Shown in pieces: positions 8,066-18,090 of a stretch of DNA of 64,000 bases. This DNA comes from Leptonemataceae bacterium (lineage in GTDB: Bacteria; Spirochaetota; Leptospiria; Leptospirales; Leptonemataceae): the NCBI GenBank assembly GCA_965227295.1, contig OZ245742.1, positions 32,001-96,000 of the forward strand, read 5' to 3'. Under the pieces are notes generated by a model. It worked only from the letters and a program-made list of their open reading frames with translations. It was not told where the DNA came from and made no database searches. How positions within the stretch are numbered: position 1 is the first letter of the stretch; the number at the start of each line of letters is the position of its first letter. Position numbers and translations under genes: made by a program.

Positions 8066-10410
8066 GTCGAGTAGGGTCAGCCCGTCACCGGGCCAACCCC
8101 CTCTAAGAACCGTACGTGCGAGTTTCCCCGCATACGGCTCAAGCAGTTCCCGCCTTACGATTCGCATGAATCTGCTGATGGCAGAAGAGATGTACAAGTT
8201 GAAGATTCAGGATGTGGCGTTCACCACCCTGCGAGAGCGGAACCTTGTGATGGATGTGCAGCTTTTCGCCGTTCTCCAGATCCGCGGCACAGAGCGGGCA
8301 AAGACCTTTCTGAATCATTGCGAGGGTACGATGATAGGGACGATCCATTTCCTTCACGGCCTTCAGGCGACGTTTTTCCCAGTATGATCTCAAATCGGGA
8401 TCATCGGGCGAAGCGTCACCACGCACCATAATGTGCGGTCGTTTTTTCACCCACGAGAGTTTTCTCAGTAAACGGAGTTTCCCTCGCGATGGATCAACGG
8501 TCGCGAACACCCAATGGTCAGAGCGTTCCGGATGGTGTCTTCCCCAATAGCGGGCTTTGGTCCAGCGTTTTCCCTTGTTGGAGTGTCGTCGGCGAGCCCA
8601 ACGCCAGAGGCGATGCCAGCAGAAGTGATCGACGCGTGCGAACACCTTGCTTGACGCACAGTGACGATAGTAATTTGCCCAGCCAATGAGCACGGGATTC
8701 AAAGCGTCGATCAGGGCGAGTTGGGGCGCGCCCTGGTATTGCCTGACAAGATCGCGAACGCGATCTCGCAGGCGACGCTCGTTGTCCCGGGAGGGACGAA
8801 TGAGAAGTTTCCGACCTTCGCGTGGATTGCGAAACATGGGATTCTTCGTCATTCGTTTCGTTCCCGATGCTTCCACCTGTTGGAGATGGAAACCCAGGAA
8901 TTCGAAACCGTCGCTGGCGTGAACAATCCGGGTTTTAGATTCCGATAATCGCAACCCGCGCCTGGAAAGCCAGTTCCCGAGCAACGGCAGTAACGCTTCC
9001 GCTTCGCTACGTGATCGGCAGAAGACCAGAAAGTCATCGGCGTAACGCACGAAGCGGTTGTTCGGAACGAACTCCTGCATACCATCGAGGGCGATATTGG
9101 CGAGCAAAGGAGAGATAACTCCCCCCTGAGGAGTACCGGATTCAGAATCCGAGAACACTTCGTTCTCAACCACTCCCGCCTTGAGCCATTGTTTGATCAG
9201 CTCGTATGCGGGGAATCGGTGAAGTTTGCGAAGCAGGAATTCATGGGAGATGCGGTCAAAGGCGCTTTCAATGTCGGCGTCAATGACCCACGGTGTGCGC
9301 GATGCTCCGCAGACCTGACGGAAGATCGTTTCGATAGCATCGTGAGCACTCCGGCCCGGACGAAATCCGTAGGATCGAGACTCGAATCGAGCTTCCCATT
9401 GAGGTTCCAACGCGTTTTTGACCATGGCCTGCATGGCCCGGTCCTGAATCGTTGGAATTCCCAGGGGTCTTTGTTTGCCGTTCGCTTTCGGGATGTAGAT
9501 TCTTCGTACCGGGGACGCCTTCCAGGGCTCGTGCAGAGCCAGGAAGTCAACCAGCTTTCCCCTCGCGGCCGGTGTCTTCAGGACGAGACCATCGACACCC
9601 GGCGTGAACTTGCCACGATTCTTCTGCGTCACCTGCCGCACGGCAAGCAGCCGATTGGAAAAGCTCCGCAGCATCAGTTTCTGCAGGGAGCGTACTTTGC
9701 GCACGTTGCCCTGTCTTTCGGCTCTGAATATTCGTTGCCGCAGACGACGTACTTCTTTCATGGCCCTCTGCCAGTCGACAGAGTTCCAGTCCGTAGCGGA
9801 CGCGTAATTCTCATCGCACGATGGTACGATGCCAGTCTCCGCATTTTCCTGAGTCGTCATTGCAAGTGTATTCAGTGAACTACCCTGTCGAAGTGGGCAC
9901 CCTTTCGAGTTGATCAAAAGATCTATTCGGCCGGTTATGATTTCCCGTTGCCTTTCGGCTGCCGACGTTCGCTTATTCGACAATCCCATACCCGCTGAGG
10001 AGTCCGGCCTTGTTTACACTCAGCTTGCCGGACATCGGTCCGGACCCCAACGGGCTTACCACGTTCCGCAGGTTGAAGATACGACGGGACAGGCACCCAA
10101 TATACCCCGGCGGCTGAGGTGGCTGCACCCGTGTGGTAGTATCACGGGTTCTCCTGTGCCGCGTTTCCTGGCATTCACCTCTGATCCAGGCGGTTTTTTA
10201 CGAAGGCTTACTCGGGTTCACTTACGTTTGCCATACCGTCTTTTCCGGTTGCCGGATCCAATGGAGGTTCATCGCGTCCGTTGCAACATCCCGGCAGCTT
10301 CGCACAGTCCGTTACCGTTCTGCGCGTGCCGGGCGGAAATGGAGCCAGCCACAGGCTCATCAGGTCAGTGTTCCACCTCCTGAACTTCTTCCAGCGACTT
10401 CGTGTCGCAC
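8066..10410 (-). mobile_element. Group II intron 2 (IIB, chloroplast-like class, with HNH endonuclease)
   Basis: 5' GTGCGACACGAAGTCGCTGGAAGAAG at 10410; DV GAGCCGTATGCGGGGAAACTCGCACGTACGGTTC; ends CTACTCGAC at 8066; EBS1 10135-10140 and EBS2 ~10191-10198 match the 5' exon. Confidence 0.93.
8139..9860 (-). CDS. ltrA: Group II intron RT/maturase/HNH endonuclease
   Basis: N-terminal W..VDW..VRRLRQRIFRA, TPGVDG, GTPQGG, YADD, GWANYY, C-terminal CPLC..HH..NLQLVHLFCH; start at MTTQEN (alternative 9989). Confidence 0.95.
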   Translation of the reverse strand: MTTQENAETGIVPSCDENYASATDWNSVDWQRAMKEVRRLRQRIFRAERQGNVRKVRSLQKLMLRSFSNRLLAVRQVTQKNRGKFTPGVDGLVLKTPAARGKLVDFLALHEPWKASPVRRIYIPKANGKQRPLGIPTIQDRAMQAMVKNALEPQWEARFESRSYGFRPGRSAHDAIETIFRQVCGASRTPWVIDADIESAFDRISHEFLLRKLHRFPAYELIKQWLKAGVVENEVFSDSESGTPQGGVISPLLANIALDGMQEFVPNNRFVRYADDFLVFCRSRSEAEALLPLLGNWLSRRGLRLSESKTRIVHASDGFEFLGFHLQQVEASGTKRMTKNPMFRNPREGRKLLIRPSRDNERRLRDRVRDLVRQYQGAPQLALIDALNPVLIGWANYYRHCASSKVFARVDHFCWHRLWRWARRRHSNKGKRWTKARYWGRHHPERSDHWVFATVDPSRGKLRLLRKLSWVKKRPHIMVRGDASPDDPDLRSYWEKRRLKAVKEMDRPYHRTLAMIQKGLCPLCAADLENGEKLHIHHKVPLSQGGERHILNLQLVHLFCHQQIHANRKAGTA

Positions 10411-10588
10411 ACTCCCGAAAAACCGATCTCATGCAACCTCCCGCCATTCAAAACGATGATGCAGCCCTCGCACACGCGGAATGGCAACGACTTTCGCGGA
10501 GGGCGACGGCCGGGAACGTGTCGCAGGTCATAATTACGAGTCCCTCAATATCCTCTCCGGGTATCAACAGTAACTTCCCGAACAACCA

Positions 10589-10726
10589 GCGTTAGTGATG
10601 CGAAGGGTGGCGCGCAGCGCCAGTCCGGAGCGCGAAGCGCGTAGGACCGCAGCGAAGCGGAGCCCGCAGCAGCACGACGGCCCGCCGCCTCCACGGCGCG
10701 GCGGGCCGGAACGCCCAAAAGAATTC
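10589..10726 (+). repeat. REP/MITE-like structured repeat, copy 2
   Basis: High similarity to 7407-7589; terminal hairpin GGCCCGCCGC..GCGGCGGGCC. Confidence 0.75.
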
Positions 10727-10764
10727 CCAACTCCTGAGAGAATTCCTTAGGTTTACCCACGGGA

Positions 10765-11200
10765 GTGTTAGGAACGATGCTCGCGGCGATTGAGCAACAT
10801 GACGCGCATAAGCGGGATGCGAACTACAAGCTCGGTCGCGATTTGGTGAACAACTTCGGCACACCGTTCGGCGTGTTCGCCGATTACATTCCCGGCGTGG
10901 ATCGTTTTACCGATCTGATGGGCGATAAGGTCGGTCGCCTGTTCGCGCGCAATCCGATGATTCCGCAGTTGCTGATGCCGGTGGCGTATGGTTCGTATCA
11001 CGGCGGCACACGTGGGGCGGTGATGTCCGGTGTCGGGCTCGCGGCGACGGTGGCGAGTCGTTTTTTCAGCGCGGGCACAGTCGGCGTGAACGCCGGCTAT
11101 TCGTTTCAGGATGGTTACAGCGGCGGCGTGACGGTCGGCTTCGGTGAAGGTGATGTGAACTCAGACGTGGGCCTGAATTACAGTGAGGTCGAGGCGGGAC
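10765..11200 (+). pseudogene. Fragment resembling an internal Gly-rich segment of a large secreted/polymorphic-toxin-like spirochaete protein
   Basis: GVNAGYSFQDGYSGGVTVGFG...VGLNYSE; composition changes abruptly afterwards; family assignment from memory only. Confidence 0.3.
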
Positions 11201-11277
11201 CTGATGTCGGGGGCAGCTCACCGCCAGTACACAAAAAAAACAACTTCCACAGAACAGGTCACATCTCCCAATGGGAC

Positions 11278-11793
11278 ATGCACATCGTCCGCTCCATCTT
11301 GACATCCGGATGCCTGACCTTACTCTCCGCAGTCGCTCTTCTCACATCCTGCATATACCTGACCCAAAGCTACAACGCAAGCGGACTGGAAGAGGACATG
11401 GAGCGACTGCTTGTACACACGGCCGGGTTGTCACCGCGCGACTTTGACTGCAAAATGATCGGAGCGTCGCGCGCGGGACTGTGCTTATTTCCATTGAACA
11501 GCACTGAGTTCGATGATCTCGCAAACCGCTTTGCACTGATCGCTCCGCCGGCTATCGAAAATCGCTACTTTGAAACCTGGGTGAACGCCGGTCACCCGGA
11601 ACCCGGCACAACGCGCGCCACGACGGAGCGCGGCTGCCGCTATCAATCCGGATTCGAGAACGCGCGGGTCGTGTTTACGCCCGAACCGAGAAAAGGCCCC
11701 ATCCGCGAACACATCCACTTCGAGTACTTCCTGCTCTTCCGAAACGCGACCACCGGCCAGGCCTGCGCACAAACATCTTACTCCTACGGATGA
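11278..11793 (+). CDS. Hypothetical exported/lipoprotein
   Basis: ATG at 11278, signal peptide with LLTSC lipobox; C-terminal part of ORF 10765..11793. Confidence 0.55.
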   Translation: MHIVRSILTSGCLTLLSAVALLTSCIYLTQSYNASGLEEDMERLLVHTAGLSPRDFDCKMIGASRAGLCLFPLNSTEFDDLANRFALIAPPAIENRYFETWVNAGHPEPGTTRATTERGCRYQSGFENARVVFTPEPRKGPIREHIHFEYFLLFRNATTGQACAQTSYSYG

Positions 11794-11869
11794 GCCGGCG
11801 ACCAACAACGCAACGGCGCCTGCGGAGGATTGACGATTTCCGCCAGACTCATTACGTTACTGCATCACC

Positions 11870-12709
11870 ATGACCACGCCCCTCAAAGACACCACCACGC
11901 TCATCACCGGCATCACGGACGCCGGCTCCCTGGCCATGACCATCGCGAAGCAGGTCCTCGCCGAGGGCGGCAACATCATCTGCTCCGGCCTGGGACGCAC
12001 CGCGCATCATAGCGGGCTTTCCGACCGCGCCGCGGACTTTCTCGATACAACCTACGCCGCGTTCGAAGAAACGGTGCGGCAGGAACTCGGCGCCGACGTT
12101 CCGGCGTTCGCCCTGGACGTAACGCTGGACGGGAGCATCGAGGACTTCTGCAAAGCATTGCAGCAACGAAACATCACGCTCAACGGTTTGCTGCACAGCA
12201 TCGCCATGGATAAGACCATCAAAGCCGGCGTCGTCATCAAGTCCATCCTCGACGTAACGAAAGAAGAATTCTTCGGCGCCATGGACGTGTCCGCGTATTC
12301 CTTAGTTTCACTTACGCGAGGATTAGTGCACTCAAACATTTTGCAGAAGAATTCTTCGATCCTGGCGTTGAGTTACCTCGGCGCGGAAAAGGTCGCCTAT
12401 CATCCTTACAAAAACATCGGCGTGGCGAAGGCGGCGCTGGAACGCATCGTCGTGGAGCTGGCCCATGAACTCGGAATATCGCATCACATCAAAGTGAACG
12501 CCATTCGCTTTTCCCCGTACACGGGCAGCAAGGCGGGCAGCGCCATCCAGGGTCTCGCCGAGGCCGTAGAGTTTTGCGATCGCAACAGTCCGCTCGGAAA
12601 CGCGTTACCGGAGGACCTCGCCTACGAAGCCGCATATCTGTTGCGGCCCTACGGCCGCGTCACCGGAGAGATTCGCAACGTCGACGGCGGCTATCATATT
12701 CGCGGCTGA
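11870..12709 (+). CDS. fabI: Enoyl-ACP reductase (SDR)
   Basis: LITGI..SLA..IA, LLHSIA, SAYSL, YKNIGVAK (Yx6K), VDGG. Confidence 0.85.
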   Translation: MTTPLKDTTTLITGITDAGSLAMTIAKQVLAEGGNIICSGLGRTAHHSGLSDRAADFLDTTYAAFEETVRQELGADVPAFALDVTLDGSIEDFCKALQQRNITLNGLLHSIAMDKTIKAGVVIKSILDVTKEEFFGAMDVSAYSLVSLTRGLVHSNILQKNSSILALSYLGAEKVAYHPYKNIGVAKAALERIVVELAHELGISHHIKVNAIRFSPYTGSKAGSAIQGLAEAVEFCDRNSPLGNALPEDLAYEAAYLLRPYGRVTGEIRNVDGGYHIRG

Positions 12710-12729
12710 ACGCGCAACGCATCAAATGA

Positions 12730-13263
12730 CTACAGACCCTCCGCCGCACTGCCGCCACGAAGCCGCCCGGCCCCAATCCAGCCGAACTCTCGCTCATCGT
12801 TCACAAAACCGGCGAACTCAAACGCGTCCGTCGACAAACCCTCGCTCAACGTAAGTTTACCCCGCACGCCCGCCCCCATGCGATACAGCACAATCGAGGG
12901 CGAGTCCTGCCAGGTCAGCGTATAATGAAAGGCGTCCACGATCACGTCGTCCCGCAGTTTCAGCGCGAGCAAATGCCGCACCGGCCGCCGGCCTTCCGAG
13001 GTGTCTCCCGTCGTGTCCGCGTAGTAACGACGCACGGTAAAGTCCCCCGGCACCGTCTTGAGGTTGCCGACCGGGTAGCCCTTCGCGCCGTCGAAGGTCG
13101 GCACCGGCGGCGGCGCGCCGTCAATCTCGCGCAACCAATCGTAACCAAAATCGGCGCGCGGCTCTGCCTGCACGAGGCGATACACGAGACCGGCCGCCTC
13201 CGGCTGCGCACCGGGCGAACACAAAGCAAAACCGAACAGAATCAGAACAATACTACGTTTCAT
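12730..13263 (-). CDS. Hypothetical exported protein
   Basis: ORF with N-terminal signal peptide, fills the gap. Confidence 0.6.
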   Translation of the reverse strand: MKRSIVLILFGFALCSPGAQPEAAGLVYRLVQAEPRADFGYDWLREIDGAPPPVPTFDGAKGYPVGNLKTVPGDFTVRRYYADTTGDTSEGRRPVRHLLALKLRDDVIVDAFHYTLTWQDSPSIVLYRMGAGVRGKLTLSEGLSTDAFEFAGFVNDEREFGWIGAGRLRGGSAAEGL

Positions 13264-13434
13264 AAACCATGATCCTCGCCGCTACCTTGCCGACAACATC
13301 CTTTAAGAGCTTGCGCATCGCGTCGCGTCGCGAGACAGGATGATAGACGATGGCCTACAACCGCTGGTTCGTCGAGAAAAATAAATGAAGCCACAAAAAC
13401 TTGACCGGCGACACGTGCGCATACACAACAGTGT

Positions 13435-14448
13435 ATGCCCCGTCCCCCACGCATCGCCGTAATCATCGCCACCCTCCTGCTCATTAGCGCATCATCTTTC
13501 GCGCAAACTACCGATCTCGAAGCCGGCCTGCGCTATCGCACGTACGCCTCCGGCAGCGCGGACGAACCGTACCAGGAGTCCCCGCTCGGCGAAAACGTAC
13601 AGGAGTATGCGCCCCTCTTAGAACTATCCAACGCGCTCGTGCAGCAGGTCATTAACGGCGACTACGGAAAGATGTACGATCAACACTTCTCACCGCGCCT
13701 CAAAGAAGAAATGTCCCGCGAATGGTTGGTCGGCCGACTCAGCGAACTCACGGCCTTCGCCGGGCCGGCCCGGAAGTACAAACCGAAGCAATGGCGCTTC
13801 TCGTTGCGCAAACACCAGGGCCGCCGCATCCTGCTGAGCACGAAGATCGTCGAACACCAACGCACGAAAATCGTCTACCAGCTAACCGTATTTCCGAAAG
13901 ACTTAAAGCGCATCGTCGGCTTTCAGTTCACGCCGCTGGAAGGCGACACCCGGCCGCAACTGCGCGCCGCCTTTCATTCCCGGGACGTCGCCGCCCCGGG
14001 CATAGAACACGGCCAGTTTCCCCCGCCGGACGAGGAGACCGCGCAGGCATACGCGGGGCTTCTGAAACTCGCCAATACCATTCTCGAACTCCGCCGGAAA
14101 CAGGATCACGCCGCCGTCTACGAACGACACTTCTCAGCGCTCGCGAAACTCCTTGTCAGCCGCGGCGAGTACGAAGGCCAGGCCGCCCAGCTTACGAACC
14201 TGGCGGGGCCCATCCAACGCTTCGACCCCGCCGAATGGCACCTGGAAATCTTCGAATACCTGGGCCGGGAGGCCGCCATCCTCACGAAGACCGTGGAACA
14301 CGAACACGGCATCGTCCTCCATCGCTTCCACGTTTTCCCGGAAGATCCCACGAAGCTCGTCGGGATCCAGACGATTCCGCGCGAACTGCGGCCGCGGGCC
14401 CCGGAGTATTTCTTCGAAAAAGACGGTGAGATGGTTCCGGTAGATTAG
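13435..14448 (+). CDS. Hypothetical exported protein with two homologous ~120-aa domains
   Basis: Signal peptide; internal repeat LL(E/K)L(S/A)N..Y..HFS..AGP..W..TK.VEH..VFP.D....VG.Q. Confidence 0.7.
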   Translation: MPRPPRIAVIIATLLLISASSFAQTTDLEAGLRYRTYASGSADEPYQESPLGENVQEYAPLLELSNALVQQVINGDYGKMYDQHFSPRLKEEMSREWLVGRLSELTAFAGPARKYKPKQWRFSLRKHQGRRILLSTKIVEHQRTKIVYQLTVFPKDLKRIVGFQFTPLEGDTRPQLRAAFHSRDVAAPGIEHGQFPPPDEETAQAYAGLLKLANTILELRRKQDHAAVYERHFSALAKLLVSRGEYEGQAAQLTNLAGPIQRFDPAEWHLEIFEYLGREAAILTKTVEHEHGIVLHRFHVFPEDPTKLVGIQTIPRELRPRAPEYFFEKDGEMVPVD

Positions 14449-14469
14449 TAACACAACAGACTCGCTTCC

Positions 14470-15414
14470 ATGCCCGACTTCCAGCACAGCCTCACCGAAA
14501 TTTACGAACGCTACCGCGGCGAAACCGGCGGCCGCGTCGCCACGTACATTCCGCAACTCGCGGAGGTCGATCCGAACCTCTACGCCGTCAGCGCGGTAAC
14601 ATGCGATGGGCGCACCTTTAGCATCGGAGACAGCGACGCCCGTTTCACCATCCAGTCCACATCAAAGCCGTTCAGCTATGCCCTCGCCCTGGAACATTAC
14701 GGCGAAGAGTACGTCCTTGCCCGCGTCGGCGTAGAACCCACCGGCGAGGACTACCATTCCATCACGAAGCTGGACCAAATGCAACGGCCCATGAATCCCA
14801 TGGTGAACAGCGGCGCCCTCGCCGTATGCAGCCTGCTCACGGCCGCGGGTGTAAGTATCGACGACGTCATCGCCCGCTACAGTGCCGCCGCCGGCGAGAG
14901 CGTTCGCGTCGATCAGGCAACCTACGCATCCGAAATGGGCACCACCGACGGCAACCGCGCCATCGTCTACCTGCTGCGCAAGTTCAACGTTCTCGCCGCC
15001 GACCCACTGGATACCCTGGAGCTCTACGTTAAGATCTGTTCCCTGCAAACTACGGCGAAGGGCCTGGCAACCATGGGCGCGACCCTGGCGAACGGCGGGC
15101 GGAATCCGCGGACCGGTAGCACCGCCCTGCCGCCGGAGCACGTCCGCGACGTGCTCAGCGTAATGCTCACGTGCGGCATGTACAACTATGCCGGCCAGTG
15201 GGTTTACGACGTCGGCGTTCCGGCGAAGAGCGGCGTCTCGGGCGCGGTGCTGATGATCGTACCGTCGGTCATGGCCGTGTGCGTGTATTCGCCGCGCCTG
15301 GACGAACGCGGCACGTCCGTGCGCGGCATCGCAACGTGCAAAGACATCTCCGCGCGCCACCGTCTGCATCTGCTGCACCCGGCGTGCCCTAAAGATCCAG
15401 GCGCCGTCACTTAG
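14470..15414 (+). CDS. glsA: Glutaminase A
   Basis: VATYIPQLA, FTIQSTSK, NPMVNSGA, CGMY, PAKSGVSG. Confidence 0.95.
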   Translation: MPDFQHSLTEIYERYRGETGGRVATYIPQLAEVDPNLYAVSAVTCDGRTFSIGDSDARFTIQSTSKPFSYALALEHYGEEYVLARVGVEPTGEDYHSITKLDQMQRPMNPMVNSGALAVCSLLTAAGVSIDDVIARYSAAAGESVRVDQATYASEMGTTDGNRAIVYLLRKFNVLAADPLDTLELYVKICSLQTTAKGLATMGATLANGGRNPRTGSTALPPEHVRDVLSVMLTCGMYNYAGQWVYDVGVPAKSGVSGAVLMIVPSVMAVCVYSPRLDERGTSVRGIATCKDISARHRLHLLHPACPKDPGAVT

Positions 15415-15431
15415 GACACAGCCCCTCCGCG

Positions 15432-16128
15432 ACTTACTTCATGCTTCTCACGGCAATCGCAACGAACCGCAGCTCTTGAATTACCGGAAACGCTCGGACA
15501 GTTCGCGCACGCCCCGGATCGTAGTGTAAGTGGCGGTCAGTTTGCATTAAGACTTTTTTGGGTACGGCTGGTTCCAGCAGACGGGCGGAGGTCATGCCGG
15601 GGAACGTGGTAAGGCGCACCGGAACGGCGTCTTCGTCGTAAGAAACGTTCCGATCGCTGAGTCGCACAACCGGCGCCCGGGTCGACTCTCGCGTTCTTTG
15701 CAAAACGAATCACCACAACTCCCGCAAAGCCGTAGCCAAATCAATCCCTTCACCATTGCGCAACTTACCTTGTGTGTCTCACGGTAAACGCCGCGAGATA
15801 CAGCTCTTGAACTACCGGAAACGTTTGATTCGTTCGAACACGCCCCGAATCGTAGTGTAAGTGGCGGCCGATGTATACTAAGCCTTTTATGGTTACAACT
15901 GGTTCCAGCTAACGAGCGGAGGTCATGCCGGGGAGCATGGTAAGGCGGACCGGAACGGCGTCTTCGGCGTGGGGAACGTTACGATACCTGAGTCGCACAA
16001 CCAGCGTCCGGGTCGACTTCAGCGTGCTTTGCCAAACGAAAATCCACAACTCCCGCTCAGCCGTAGCCAAAAAAGTCCTTTTACCATTGCGTAACTTACC
16101 TTGTGTGTCTCACGGCAAACGCCGCGAG
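15432..16128 (+). repeat. 331-bp non-coding tandem repeat, locus 1 (two units plus ~35 nt)
   Basis: ACTTAC anchor at 15432, 15763, 16094; shared cores CTGGTTCCAGC, GGTAAGGCG.ACCGGAACGGCGTCTTC, CCACAACTCCCGC. Confidence 0.9.
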
Positions 16129-16174
16129 GACTTGCGGTTCATTTGCAAGCCCTCGAATCGTGCCGCCTGACGCA

Positions 16175-16663
16175 TCATTCAAAGCCGATCCAGGTTCCAC
16201 CGCAGTTCGCGGCGCAGCACGTCTGGCCCTCGGCGACCGTACTGAGGCCGTCGCACGAACTATCGCAGCGCGCGTAGCTCTCGTAGAAACGGAACTCGGA
16301 GTACAAAACGTGAAAAGGACCGGCTAACCGGGGAGGGTAGCCTTCGCGAGCACACCAGCCCACACCGGAAGTCACCCGCACCGTCGAGCAGGGCGCCGTT
16401 GAAATCGTCGTCTGAATCCAGCCGCGAGAAGACGGAGTCAGGTGATTCGGCGAAACACCGACCGGCGCAAAATAATCATAGCATTCATTATCGAAGAAAC
16501 CGGAGAGAAAGTACGTGGTACTCCCCACAAACACCCGGGGGCCGGCCAGGAAATTCAACTGCGTAATCAGAGCCAGCTCCACATCCCGCTCCCGATCCGA
16601 CATCCCACCGTTTGAGCAGGAAATCGTCAGCATTAAAGCAACCACCGCAATCTTGCACCGCAT
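16175..16663 (-). CDS. Cys-rich hypothetical lipoprotein
   Basis: MRCKIAVVALMLTISC lipobox; many Cys. Confidence 0.6.
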   Translation of the reverse strand: MRCKIAVVALMLTISCSNGGMSDRERDVELALITQLNFLAGPRVFVGSTTYFLSGFFDNECYDYFAPVGVSPNHLTPSSRGWIQTTISTAPCSTVRVTSGVGWCAREGYPPRLAGPFHVLYSEFRFYESYARCDSSCDGLSTVAEGQTCCAANCGGTWIGFE

Positions 16664-16831
16664 GATACACGTACCCGGGCTACGATCAGCCGGCCGCACA
16701 AAGCAGCAAGATCGCAGAGACAACCGCTCCGCCCATGAAAGGTCTCATCACACGCAATACACCCGGCAATGCGTTTCATCTCACACAATTTTTCGCTCGC
16801 GCGAACTGTGCCCGCCGCTATCATCGAGCCG

Positions 16832-18004
16832 ATGCCCGCCCCGCACCCGGCCCTCATCGCGTACGTCGCCCTGGTCTTCAGCGGCGCGGCCATCGCCTTG
16901 CTGCTCGCCGCGGGCCAGCTCTTAATCCGCAATCGCAATCCCGGCAACCGCCTGCTCTTCTACCTCTACGGCAGCATCGGCATCATCGAACTCCAGAGCG
17001 CGGTCTTCGCCGGCAGCCCGTACATACGCGAGGCCGCGCCCCATCTCATGCGCTACTCGTATCTGCTGCTGCTCTTACCGGGACCGCTCACGTTCGTATT
17101 TATTCGCGACATCCTGCTCATGCGCACGCTGCGCTACCCGCTCATCCACTTCGTCATCCCCGCCGTCTTTACCGCACTCATGCTGCCCTTCGGCGTCCTC
17201 GACGTGTTCAGCATGATGGGATTGCTCCAGTGCGCGGGCGCGTGCATCGCCATCAGCAACGCCTACATCACGGCAACGTACTATCTCGACCCGGTGGCGA
17301 ACCTCATCCTGCTCGCGTATCTCGGGCTCATCACCGTGCTCCTGCTGCGCAGCCACGCGGACTTTGTATCCGGCCGAAACACGGTCTATGCGGTCAGCAC
17401 GGTCCTTTTGTTATCCATCGGGGCGGTGCTCGCGAATCTCGCCGGCTTTCTCACCCGCGCGTTCATCGAGCCGGAGTCCCTGCTCTTCTCCGGCATCGGC
17501 TCAATCATGCTGACGCTCATCGTCTACCTGGTCCTGCTCTTCGCCCACGTCTTCCCGGAGCTGCTCTACGTCATGCGGCCCATGCAGGCCTACGACCGCG
17601 ACCGCGTCGCCTCCCCCGTGCGGGACCTGGACATCGAACGGCTCTACGGCGAACTCACACTATTAATGGAAGAAGAACGATTGTACCAGGACGAGGACCT
17701 CCAGCTCGGCCGCGTCGCGGATGCCCTGGAGGTACGCCCGAATCAGCTGACCTACTTTCTGAACCACGTCGTCGGCAAGAACTTCGCCGCCTACGTGAAC
17801 TCCTTTCGCGTCCGCGAGGCCCGGCGACTCCTCGTCGACGAGCCGGACCGGCCGGTCCTGAGCATCGGCTTTGCCGTGGGCTTCAACTCCAAGGCGGCCT
17901 TCTATCGGGCCTTTCAGCATCTCACCGGGCTCACCCCCGCCACCTACCGCCGCCGAAATCGGCACCGGGGTCAGAGGTCTCAAAAATCACATCCAGAAAA
18001 TTGA
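16832..18004 (+). CDS. AraC-family regulator with multi-TM sensor domain
   Basis: About 7 TM segments then LYQDEDL..NFAAYVNSFRV..VGFNSKAAFYRAF. Confidence 0.9.
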   Translation: MPAPHPALIAYVALVFSGAAIALLLAAGQLLIRNRNPGNRLLFYLYGSIGIIELQSAVFAGSPYIREAAPHLMRYSYLLLLLPGPLTFVFIRDILLMRTLRYPLIHFVIPAVFTALMLPFGVLDVFSMMGLLQCAGACIAISNAYITATYYLDPVANLILLAYLGLITVLLLRSHADFVSGRNTVYAVSTVLLLSIGAVLANLAGFLTRAFIEPESLLFSGIGSIMLTLIVYLVLLFAHVFPELLYVMRPMQAYDRDRVASPVRDLDIERLYGELTLLMEEERLYQDEDLQLGRVADALEVRPNQLTYFLNHVVGKNFAAYVNSFRVREARRLLVDEPDRPVLSIGFAVGFNSKAAFYRAFQHLTGLTPATYRRRNRHRGQRSQKSHPEN

Positions 18005-18090
18005 GACCGTCTCAAAATTCACGCGACATGCAATGAGGCGACCAGTATGATCAAACCGGCTACAATTCGCCAACAACTGGAGAAATCGCC

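Noticed and set aside
446-9989. RTs as retron, DGR or defence RTs
   Set aside because: Both have full group II intron RNA ends, domain V/VI, EBS-IBS pairing and a maturase domain
15432-16128. Recurring minus-strand peptides (DEDAVPVRLT.FPG) as a protein family
   Set aside because: Frames are broken differently in each copy and the period is not a multiple of 3
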